A DNA stretch of 64,000 bases, from the NCBI GenBank assembly GCA_018333995.1, contig JAGXSG010000008.1, positions 59,290-123,289 of the forward strand, written 5' to 3'. The position numbers and the translations under genes were made by a program. Of this stretch, positions 9,743 to 17,767 are shown one piece after another. The notes under the pieces are model-generated. The model was not told the origin of the DNA. It was given only the letters and a program-made list of their open reading frames with translations, and did no database searches. The stretch comes from Clostridiales bacterium (GTDB lineage Bacteria > Actinomycetota > Coriobacteriia > Anaerosomatales > SLCP01). Positions within the stretch are counted from its first letter, which is position 1; each line of letters opens with the position of its first letter.

Positions 9743-10387
9743 ATGACCGAGACGACCGCGATCACGGCACACCGGCGAGAGGTGATCGGAAAAGCGAACC
9801 GCCGCATGGTTTCTGTCGGCCAGATTCCCGCGGTGCTGTACGGAGCCGGGCGAGAGACGCTTTCCATCGCGCTCGACCGGCACGCCTTCGAACTCATGAT
9901 GGCGCACCACGGCGCGGGCGCGACCCTCGTGTCCATAGCGATCGAGGGCGAGGCGAAACGGATCAACGCGATGATCCGTGAAGTGCAGACGAGCCCGGTC
10001 AAGGGCACGATCCTGCACGTCGATTTCCAGGTGATCCGGATGGATCAGGTTCTCAACGTTGCCGTGCCACTGCGCTTCGTAGGCGACGCTGAGGGAGTGA
10101 AGGCGGGCGGAATCTTCATGCAGAGCGTACGTGAAGTCACAGTAGAAGCTCTCCCGGCCGATCTGCCCGACTCGCTTGACGTCGACATCTCGGCGTTGGA
10201 GATAGGCCACACGTTGACCGTGGCCGACGTAGTCGCTATTGCCCACGTTACGATCCTAGACGATCCGGAGACGGTCGTATGCTCGATCACGACTCCGGTC
10301 GCGGAGCCAACTCTGGAAGAGCTCTCAGCAGTTGGCGAGGCCGCCGAGCCGACCCTTGTCGGCAAGGAGCGGTCGGGCGAGGAGTAG
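9743..10387 (+). CDS. rplY: 50S ribosomal protein L25 / general stress protein Ctc (long form)
   Basis: N-terminal RREVIGKANRRMVSVGQIPAVLYG is the L25 signature. The acidic C-terminal extension is typical of Ctc. Confidence 0.9.
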   Translation: MTETTAITAHRREVIGKANRRMVSVGQIPAVLYGAGRETLSIALDRHAFELMMAHHGAGATLVSIAIEGEAKRINAMIREVQTSPVKGTILHVDFQVIRMDQVLNVAVPLRFVGDAEGVKAGGIFMQSVREVTVEALPADLPDSLDVDISALEIGHTLTVADVVAIAHVTILDDPETVVCSITTPVAEPTLEELSAVGEAAEPTLVGKERSGEE

Positions 10388-10393
10388 GGTCGC

Positions 10394-10975
10394 ATGACGT
10401 GGCTTGTCGCGGGACTCGGCAATCCGGGGCCGCGTTACGAGGCGACCCGGCACAACGCCGGATTTATGGTCATCGACCACCTCGCCGAGGAGTTGGGTGG
10501 CGCGTACTGGAAGGACCTTGGCGGCGCGAAGATCGTGGAGACGCGGCTCGGCGGCGATACGGTCGTTCTCGCGCTTCCTCAGACGTTCATGAATGTCTCG
10601 GGCGCTTCAGTTGCGCGTCTCGCCGCACACTACGACGTTCCAGTTGAGCGGATCATCGCGGTTCACGACGACATCGACCTGCCGCCCGCGACGGTCCGGG
10701 CCAAGCGGGGTGGCGGTCACGGCGGACACAATGGTCTGCGCTCGCTGCACGCGAAGCTCGGCAGTGGCGATTACCTGCGGGTGCGTGTGGGAGTGGGACG
10801 TCCGCCGGGCAGGCAGGATCCCGCTGACTACGTGCTCGAACCGCTCGGGCGTCAGGCGGCAGAAGACCTCGGAGCGGCGGTTCTGCGCGGGCAGGCCATG
10901 GTCGTCCACATCATCGAGCACGGCGTCGATTCTGCGATGAACGAGTTCAACGTACGCGAGATGGGGGCGGAGTGA
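10394..10975 (+). CDS. pth: peptidyl-tRNA hydrolase
   Basis: LVAGLGNPGPRYEATRHNAGF and GGHGGHNGLRS motifs. Confidence 0.92.
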   Translation: MTWLVAGLGNPGPRYEATRHNAGFMVIDHLAEELGGAYWKDLGGAKIVETRLGGDTVVLALPQTFMNVSGASVARLAAHYDVPVERIIAVHDDIDLPPATVRAKRGGGHGGHNGLRSLHAKLGSGDYLRVRVGVGRPPGRQDPADYVLEPLGRQAAEDLGAAVLRGQAMVVHIIEHGVDSAMNEFNVREMGAE

Positions 10976-10988
10976 TTCGCGGAGTAGG

Positions 10989-11014
10989 GCCGCGCGCATC
11001 ATTCCGCGCGTGGC
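10989..11014. terminator. GC-rich hairpin between convergent pth and the M23 peptidase gene
   Basis: 9-bp stem GCCGCGCGC / GCGCGTGGC (one G-U pair) with an 8-nt loop. No clear U-tract on either strand. Confidence 0.35.
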
Positions 11015-11033
11015 GAGCCGTCACCACGTGTCG

Positions 11034-12245
11034 CTAACGGAGGAAGGGCATCGGGTCCGTCGATGCGCCGTTGATGCGAACCTCGAAGTGCAGGTGCGGT
11101 CCGGTCGAGTAGCCGGTTGAGCCGACGAGCGCGATGCGCTGGCCTTTCGTGACCCTCTCTCCGCTGGACACCACGAAGCTCCCGTCGAGGATATGCGTGT
11201 AGACCGTCGTGACACCGTCGCCATGGTCGATAACGATCATGTTCCCGTATCCGCCGTTCCATCCGTACTGAGCCCGCACCACTGTTCCGTCTCCCGCAGC
11301 CACGATTGTGCTGTCGCCTCGGCTAATGTCGATCCCATGGTGGAAACGTCGCGTGCCAAAAATCGGGTGCGTGCGCCAGCCGTAGGGGGATGTGAGCGAG
11401 CCGCCGGGTACCGGCCACGCCATCACGCCCTGGTACTGCCCGCTTCCTGAAGAGGCCTGGGCGCGCAACTCCGCCTCAAGCCGACGGGCGGTAGCTTCTT
11501 CCTCTTCGGCTTGGGCGCGGAGCCGCTCGGCATCGTCCTCGCTCGCCTCCATGAGGGCGGTCTTCTCGTTTTGCGCGGTCTGTTGACGCTTGAGGGCGGA
11601 CTGGTGCTGGGAGCGAAGGTCTTTGAGGCTCTTTTCGACCGCCGCAGCCTCCGCGCGCTTCAAAGTAACGGTTTCGCGGGCACGGTCGAGCTCCGCTCGC
11701 TGCATCGTGAGCCGTTCATTGGTGTCGGCAAGCTGCACGGTAATGTCGTGATTCGCCGAGATGACCCGTTGGACGAGCGTCGTCCGTGTGATGAGGTCGC
11801 TGATCGTATCGGAGTCGAGCAGCAGATCGAGAAAGAACCATGTGCCCTGTTTGTACGATGCCGTTATTCGGGCGTTGAGCAGCTCTTGTTGACGTTCAAG
11901 CTCGGCGACCGTCTTTTCAATTTCTTCTTCCTTTTTCGAGATCTGTGTGCGGAGCGTCTCGAGCTCGGCTTGCAGACGCGCAGTGCGTCCCGTGGCTTCG
12001 GTGATCCTGGGCTCGATATCCGCGACCTCGCCTTGCAGATCCCGAATGACCTCATCGAGTGCACGCGCCTCCGTGCGGTACTGCTCGGCGGAGTCCGCGG
12101 CCTGGCGGGCAGCTTCGCGCGCCTCGGCAGCACGGCGCAGTGAAGCGTCGATGTCGGCGCGTGATGTTGCTACGGAAGGGGGTGCGCCTGTGAAGGTGAA
12201 GGCGATGATCAGAAAAGATGCGACATATGCGCGGATGAGATGCAT
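11034..12245 (-). CDS. secreted coiled-coil M23 family metallopeptidase (EnvC-like architecture)
   Basis: Signal peptide, ~250 aa of heptad-rich coiled coil, C-terminal M23 motifs FHHGIDIS and GPHLHFEVR. Confidence 0.88.
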   Translation of the reverse strand: MHLIRAYVASFLIIAFTFTGAPPSVATSRADIDASLRRAAEAREAARQAADSAEQYRTEARALDEVIRDLQGEVADIEPRITEATGRTARLQAELETLRTQISKKEEEIEKTVAELERQQELLNARITASYKQGTWFFLDLLLDSDTISDLITRTTLVQRVISANHDITVQLADTNERLTMQRAELDRARETVTLKRAEAAAVEKSLKDLRSQHQSALKRQQTAQNEKTALMEASEDDAERLRAQAEEEEATARRLEAELRAQASSGSGQYQGVMAWPVPGGSLTSPYGWRTHPIFGTRRFHHGIDISRGDSTIVAAGDGTVVRAQYGWNGGYGNMIVIDHGDGVTTVYTHILDGSFVVSSGERVTKGQRIALVGSTGYSTGPHLHFEVRINGASTDPMPFLR

Positions 12246-12439
12246 ATCGTGGTACCTCCGGTGGGCGGTGCTATATCGAGTCGACGGGTCGCCCCGGAAG
12301 GCGCAGTTCTCATACAGATGATATCAGGCGTGGCGGGTATACACCAAACGTGGGGCTACCAGCCCCGCGCACATGTGGTCACCGGCTTTCCGCCACGTGG
12401 TGGCCGCGTTGTGATGGGAGCACGGCTTGAGACGAAGGG

Positions 12440-12838
12440 ATGATCCGTATGTCTGACCAGATCCCTGTGGCACCTCCCGCGCCTCCACCACCTCCTCCGC
12501 CGATCTCGGCGGTCTCAGGTGATCAGGACAGCACAACAAGGATCCTTGCCGCGCTCAGTTACATTTTCGGGATCGTGGCGATCATCGTGTTGCTGATCGA
12601 GCCCTACAAAAACCAGCGATTCTCGAAGTTCCACGCGATACAGGCGCTCGGACTGTGGGTGGCGGGATTCGCGCTGAATCTCATGAGCATCGTGCCCCTG
12701 ATCGGCTGGATTATCGCGGTAGTCGGTGGCTTGACGGTGTTCGTGCTCGCCGTCATCTCTGCCATCAACGCGTTTCAGGGCAAGTGGTACGAGGTGCCGA
12801 TCGTGCACGGTGTGGTGAAAGGGTACATCGATCGCTAA
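12440..12838 (+). CDS. small membrane protein, DUF4870-like, with a poly-Pro N-terminus
   Basis: PPAPPPPPPP tract followed by three TM helices and an ALSYIFGIVA...HAIQAL pattern resembling DUF4870. Start could be ATG 12440 or 12449. Confidence 0.55.
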   Translation: MIRMSDQIPVAPPAPPPPPPPISAVSGDQDSTTRILAALSYIFGIVAIIVLLIEPYKNQRFSKFHAIQALGLWVAGFALNLMSIVPLIGWIIAVVGGLTVFVLAVISAINAFQGKWYEVPIVHGVVKGYIDR

Positions 12839-13851
12839 GGAGGCGGCGGGAGCGTGTTCCCGGCGTCTTGTGCAACCGGCACGATCTGATAGGTGCGGTC
12901 ATCCGGGCCGGGCACAATATGTGTCCGGCCCCCCGCATCCACCACCACGAGTCCGAGACCGTGCTCCTCGGCGTAGCGCAGGGCGAAGGCCGGGCCCGCC
13001 ACGAACAGCGCGGTCGAGAGGATGTCAGAGTCGAGGCCATCGATGTCGCCAACCACCGTCAGCGAACGGAACCCAAACGTCGGCTTGCCGGTAGCCGGGT
13101 CGAGGATGTGGTGGTAGCGCACTCCGCTTCGCTCGAAGAAGCGCTGGTAGTCACCGGATGTCGAGACCGTGATGTCGCCGGTCGCTTCGACGGTGGCGAT
13201 AAACTTCTCCGGTTCGCGCGGATCCTCAATGCCGATGCGCCAAGGTTCGCCGTCCGGTTTCGAGCCGATGGCGAGAGTCGTCGATCCGGACGCGATGAGC
13301 GCCGCGCTCACGCCGCCTGAGTCGCGAAGCGCGCCAGCGGCCTCGTCAAGCGCGACTCCCTTCGCCGCGCCTCCGAAGTCGTAGCGCGCGTCGGCGAGGG
13401 CGGCGGCGAGCTGCGCTTCGTGTGGCACGTGGCCCCCGTCCTCAAACCGCCACAGCTGCGTGGCCGCCCACAATTGCGGAGAGAACCACTCGCGCATCTC
13501 AAGGGCGCATATGGCGTCAAGTATCCTTTGCGCCCGGGCAGGAAGCGGTTCGGTCTGTGGCTGCGGCGATGCGTTAATGCGTGCGATCGCGGACTCCGGG
13601 TCATGGGCGTCGAGTTCCGCTTCGGCCGCCGACATCGCGGCAAACGCATTGTCTATCGCCCGCGTGACCGCGCCTTCCGGGTCCGTTTCAGAGCCGTACG
13701 CGGTGACCGAGACTACCGTGCCGAGGGCTTCTCGGCTTGAGACGACGGAGTTCGCCGGGCGATCGGCGCATCCCGTAAGTGTGGCAGGTGCGGAGACGGC
13801 CACCACAAGTGCGAGCGCTGTAGCGAGAGGCTTGTGGGTGAGCCGGTACAC
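12835..13851 (-). CDS. apbE: FAD:protein FMN transferase (ApbE family lipoprotein)
   Basis: Lipobox LTGC, ApbE motifs GGAAKGVALD and TSGDYQRFF. GTG at 13851 is preceded by GAGGGAGG. The ORF-track start at 13935 is probably too long. Confidence 0.85.
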   Translation of the reverse strand: MYRLTHKPLATALALVVAVSAPATLTGCADRPANSVVSSREALGTVVSVTAYGSETDPEGAVTRAIDNAFAAMSAAEAELDAHDPESAIARINASPQPQTEPLPARAQRILDAICALEMREWFSPQLWAATQLWRFEDGGHVPHEAQLAAALADARYDFGGAAKGVALDEAAGALRDSGGVSAALIASGSTTLAIGSKPDGEPWRIGIEDPREPEKFIATVEATGDITVSTSGDYQRFFERSGVRYHHILDPATGKPTFGFRSLTVVGDIDGLDSDILSTALFVAGPAFALRYAEEHGLGLVVVDAGGRTHIVPGPDDRTYQIVPVAQDAGNTLPPPP

Positions 13852-13917
13852 ACTACCTCCCTCGGCGGCGCGGTAAATGAGTATACTGTGTCGCACCGTC
13901 AACAGCCCGGAGGACAG

Positions 13918-14754
13918 ATGTTTCCGATTGTACACACCCGTCAGCTCTCCGACGCCGTCTTCGAGATGGGTGTCGAGGCGCCGCGCATTGCGGCGAAGGC
14001 CCGCGCGGGACAGTTCCTCATCCTGCGAGTCGACGAGTCCGGCGAGCGTATCCCTCTGACGTTCTCGGACTGGTCAGCTAGGGAGGGCTGGATACGCTTC
14101 ATCTTTATGCAGGTTGGCAAGACCACGCACAAGCTCTCGCACCTCGGTGTTGGCGATGTGCTCGCTGACGTGGTCGGGCCGCTCGGCGTGCCGACGCACA
14201 CCGAAGGGCTCGGGCGCGTGGCCGTGGTTGGCGGCGGTGTTGGAGCGGCGGTCGCCTACCCCGTCGCGCGCGCGATGGCTGACGCCGGCGCCGATGTCAC
14301 GGTGATCCTTGGCGCGCGGACCGAAAGACTGCTTATTTTGCGCGAGGAGTTCGAGGCGCTGCCCGTCCGGTTGATTGTCTGTACGGACGATGGCTCGGTG
14401 GGAGCAAGAGAGCTTGTGACCGCTCCGCTCAAGCGCCTCTGCGAGGCGGGCGCGATCGACAGCGCGATGGCCATCGGCCCCGCGGTCATGATGAAGTTCT
14501 GCGCCGAGACCACGCGCGAGTATGGCATTCCAACGGTCGTGTCGCTCAACCCGATCATGGTCGACGGCACGGGCATGTGCGGAGCGTGCCGCGTGACGGT
14601 GGACGGCGAGACGAGGTTTGGATGTGTCGATGGCCCGGACTTCGACGGGCACGCCGTAGATTTCGAGGAACTCATGAGCCGCCAGCGCGTCTACGCCGAA
14701 GAGGAGCGCGAGGCGGACGCCGAGTATGCGCGGGGGTGCTCATGCCACACATAG
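13918..14754 (+). CDS. PyrK-like FAD/NAD(P)-binding 2Fe-2S subunit (NfnA / sulfide-dehydrogenase alpha-like)
   Basis: ATG 13918 follows GGAGGA. FNR-like fold. C-terminal Cys cluster GMCGACRV...FGCVDGP. Overlaps the GltD-like gene that follows. Confidence 0.85.
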   Translation: MFPIVHTRQLSDAVFEMGVEAPRIAAKARAGQFLILRVDESGERIPLTFSDWSAREGWIRFIFMQVGKTTHKLSHLGVGDVLADVVGPLGVPTHTEGLGRVAVVGGGVGAAVAYPVARAMADAGADVTVILGARTERLLILREEFEALPVRLIVCTDDGSVGARELVTAPLKRLCEAGAIDSAMAIGPAVMMKFCAETTREYGIPTVVSLNPIMVDGTGMCGACRVTVDGETRFGCVDGPDFDGHAVDFEELMSRQRVYAEEEREADAEYARGCSCHT

Positions 14755-16178
14755 AGCCCGGGGCCGAGAAACCCCGCCACCGCCCTTCCCGCGCACCGCG
14801 AACCCCCATGCCGGAGCGCGACGCGACCGTACGTGGCCGCGATTTCGACGAGGTGGCGCTCGGGTACACCGAGCGGATGGCTATTGCGGAGGCTGAGCGG
14901 TGCATTCAGTGCAAGAACGCCACGTGTATCCTCGGCTGCCCGGTCAACATCGACATCAAGTCGTTCATCGGACATATGATCGACCGGGACTACCCAGCGG
15001 CCGTTGCTGTCCTGAAGGAGCGAAACGCGCTTCCGGCCATCTGCGGTCGCGTTTGCCCGCAGGAGGAGCAGTGTGAGGTACAGTGCGTGCTCGCGCGCAG
15101 GGGAGAGCCGGTGGCGATCGGCCGTCTCGAGCGCTGGCTTGGCGACTACGATCTCGCGTGCGAGCTCGAGCACCGGTGCGTGCCCGAGGTAGCGCCTGCG
15201 ACCGGGATGCGCGCTGCGATCGTCGGCTCGGGTCCGGCAGGCCTCGCGTGCGCCGGCGAGCTAGTCCGCCTCGGCCATTCAGTCACGATCTTCGAGTCGC
15301 TACACGCGACCGGCGGCGTGCTCACCTACGGAATACCTGAGTTTCGGCTTCCCAAGTCGATCGTCGAGGTGGAGATCGAGATGCTCACCCGGATGGGGGT
15401 CGAGATCGTGACCGACGCTGTTATCGGGGCGACGTACACGCTCGATGAGCTCCTCGGCGAGGAAGGCTTTGACACCGTGTTCATCGGCGCGGGGGCCGGC
15501 TTGCCGGTGTTCCTTGGCATCCCTGGAGAGAACTTGAACGGGGTGTACTCGGCCAATGAATATCTCACGAGGGTGAACCTCATGCGCGCCTACGAGTTCC
15601 CACACGCCGACACGCCTGTCGCACGCGGGCGCAAGGTCGCGGTGGTGGGCGGCGGGAACGTCGCGATGGATGCGGCACGCACCGCGCTGCGTCTCGGGGC
15701 CGAGGAGGTCTTCCTCGTTTACCGGCGCACCGAAGACGAGATGCCGGCGCGCCGCGAAGAGGTCCATCACGCTGCCGAGGAAGGCGTTGCGTTCAAGATG
15801 TTGTGCTCCCCGGTAGAGATTCTGGGACGTGACGGGTTTGTGACCGGGCTAGTGGCGAATCGGATGGAACTCGGTGAGCCGGATGCGAGCGGCCGTCGCG
15901 CGCCTCTGTGCGTGCTCGATAGCGAGTTCGAGATCGAGTGCGACACGGTCATCATCGCCGTGGGAACGAGGGCTAATCCGCTCCTCAAGCAGGCTGCGCC
16001 GACCCTTGAGCTCTCTAAGTGGGGCTACATCGTGACCGATGACGATGGCGCGACCAACCTGCCGGGTGTGTACGCGGGCGGCGACATCGTTACGGGAGCG
16101 GCGACGGTCATCGAGGCGATGGGCGCGGGCAAGCGCGCGGCGGGGGCGATGGACAGGTGGCTTGAGGGGCGCGTGTGA
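14742..16178 (+). CDS. NADPH-dependent glutamate synthase small-subunit-like oxidoreductase (NfnB/GltD family)
   Basis: Fe-S motifs CIQCKNATC...GCPV and CGRVCPQEEQCE. Rossmann loops IVGSGPAGLACA and VVGGGNVAMDAAR. ATG 14742 overlaps the preceding gene by 13 nt. Confidence 0.9.
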   Translation: MPHIEPGAEKPRHRPSRAPRTPMPERDATVRGRDFDEVALGYTERMAIAEAERCIQCKNATCILGCPVNIDIKSFIGHMIDRDYPAAVAVLKERNALPAICGRVCPQEEQCEVQCVLARRGEPVAIGRLERWLGDYDLACELEHRCVPEVAPATGMRAAIVGSGPAGLACAGELVRLGHSVTIFESLHATGGVLTYGIPEFRLPKSIVEVEIEMLTRMGVEIVTDAVIGATYTLDELLGEEGFDTVFIGAGAGLPVFLGIPGENLNGVYSANEYLTRVNLMRAYEFPHADTPVARGRKVAVVGGGNVAMDAARTALRLGAEEVFLVYRRTEDEMPARREEVHHAAEEGVAFKMLCSPVEILGRDGFVTGLVANRMELGEPDASGRRAPLCVLDSEFEIECDTVIIAVGTRANPLLKQAAPTLELSKWGYIVTDDDGATNLPGVYAGGDIVTGAATVIEAMGAGKRAAGAMDRWLEGRV

Positions 16179-16182
16179 GTGT

Positions 16183-16389
16183 TCAGCGGGCCGCGTGAGC
16201 GGTGCGCGTCCTCGAAGCTGCTACGGTGCGCGTGGTTTGTGGGGTGATGAGGACGATGGTGGTGCGCTCGCTTGCGCCATGAGAATCCCGTGAGACGTAC
16301 GCGGCCGCACTGCGCTCGGTGAGAATGAGCATGAGGACATATCCGAGAGCGAACGTGCCGTAGACCACGATGCCTATGAGCGTCTCCAT
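16183..16389 (-). CDS. hypothetical 68-aa protein with one N-terminal TM helix (doubtful)
   Basis: ATG 16389 is preceded by GAGGGAG. The N-terminus METLIGIVVYGTFALGYVLMLIL is hydrophobic, but the rest is compositionally odd (T/R/A-rich). One exact GACGAACGG box lies ~100 bp upstream (16490-16498). Confidence 0.2.
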   Translation of the reverse strand: METLIGIVVYGTFALGYVLMLILTERSAAAYVSRDSHGASERTTIVLITPQTTRTVAASRTRTAHAAR

Positions 16390-16597
16390 GGTGCTCCCTC
16401 GTTCGGAAGTATTCACCTTTCATCCGTGCTATCGGACCGCTAGGCGGTAATGATGAGCCGTTTGCGACAGAAGGTAACCGTTTAGCAGGGACGAACGGTC
16501 TGAACCGATACTTGCTGTGCTCCTAGCCCCCGCGTTCGAGCACATGCGATGCGACCTTCTCAGGCCTACTTGCAGCGTACCGGTCGGCTGGTAGGAG

Positions 16598-16645
16598 TGG
16601 GTATCCATCGCGGGTATGAGTTCGGGTATGAGTGCGGGTTGAGTG
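16598..16645. repeat. short tandem repeat, ~12-bp unit CGGGTATGAGTK, 3-4 copies
   Basis: Copies read TGGGTATCCATCG / CGGGTATGAGTT / CGGGTATGAGTG / CGGGTTGAGTG. Lies in the 590-bp non-coding gap upstream of the GT2 gene. Confidence 0.6.
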
Positions 16646-16765
16646 TCGTGCTGACTACAAGGAGGCCAGGGCGGTGGCGAGGGTAGTGGAGCGCTATACT
16701 GTCGCACAGTAAGAAGGAGCGGTTGCCGCGGTGCCGGGGCAGCCCATGTGTGACGGGAGGACTCA

Positions 16766-17728
16766 GTGGAGCCGCTCATCTCGGTCGTCATCCCCATGCA
16801 CGATGAAGCGGAAAATGCGATCGAGACGCTTACGGCGGTCGGGACAGCTCTGGTCGAGCGCGGGTGGACCTACGAACTCATCCCCGTCGATGACGGCAGT
16901 AACGACGACACAGGCGCGATTCTGAAGGTCGCGGGAGCGGCTGACCACTGCATCCGCCCGATCTCGTATCGTGTGAATCGCGGGCGAGGGTATGCGTTGC
17001 GGCAGGGGTTCGAACGAGCGCGCGGGGAGATCGTCGCGTCGATCGACGCGGACCTGAGCTACACCGTCGATCACCTCGTCCGCATGGTCGACACGCTCCT
17101 CGGCGATCCCGAGGCCGACATCGTGCTGGCGTCGCCGTATATGCCAGGCGGTGCGGTCGAGGGGGTTCCCTTCGCTCGGCTCGCGTTCTCCCGCGTTGGA
17201 AACGCCGTGCTGCGTCAGGCGCTTCCCGAGCGGGTCTATACGAGTACCGGGATTGTGCGCGCGTACCGCAGGGATGCCGTTCGCGCGTTGAATCTTGCTT
17301 CTGACGGCAAAGAGATACACCTTGAGATCCTCTCCGAGGCGATGGCGCTCGGTTACCGGATCGTCGAGATGCCCGCGACCCTCAGGGCTCGCAAGAAGGG
17401 GCGATCAAAGTTTCGTCCCAAGGCGACAGTCGCGAGCCATCTGTTCTTTAGCGTGCTTGCTCGGCCAGCTACTCTCTTTGGCGTCTTCGGGATACTGCTC
17501 CTCTTGGCAGCTGTGGCGGTCGGGTCGTTCCTCCTCGGCGTGTTTCTGTCCGGGGACCTGAACCCGGAGCGTCCGCTCATGACCTTGATGGTGCTTCTCC
17601 TTCTGGGTGGTGCGGGAGCACTCGGGTTTGCGATACTTGCCTCCCAGCTGCTCGAGTTGCGGCGCTCCATCACTCGTCTTCAGGCGGAGGTTCTTCGATT
17701 GCGGGGATCGAACGAAGGGATTCCGTAG
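16766..17728 (+). CDS. GT2 polyprenyl-phosphate glycosyltransferase (DPM1/GtrB/ArnC-like) with two C-terminal TM helices
   Basis: VVIPMHDEAENA, VDDGSNDDT and DAD motifs. C-terminal double TM segment. GTG start. Confidence 0.85.
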   Translation: MEPLISVVIPMHDEAENAIETLTAVGTALVERGWTYELIPVDDGSNDDTGAILKVAGAADHCIRPISYRVNRGRGYALRQGFERARGEIVASIDADLSYTVDHLVRMVDTLLGDPEADIVLASPYMPGGAVEGVPFARLAFSRVGNAVLRQALPERVYTSTGIVRAYRRDAVRALNLASDGKEIHLEILSEAMALGYRIVEMPATLRARKKGRSKFRPKATVASHLFFSVLARPATLFGVFGILLLLAAVAVGSFLLGVFLSGDLNPERPLMTLMVLLLLGGAGALGFAILASQLLELRRSITRLQAEVLRLRGSNEGIP

Positions 17729-17767
17729 CATGGCTCAGCGCGAAGGAAGCCGAGGATAGCGTGCGTG

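Noticed and set aside
12655-13320. 221-aa plus-strand ORF overlapping apbE
   Set aside because: It is antisense to a gene with clear ApbE motifs, and its composition is Arg/Gly/His-rich.
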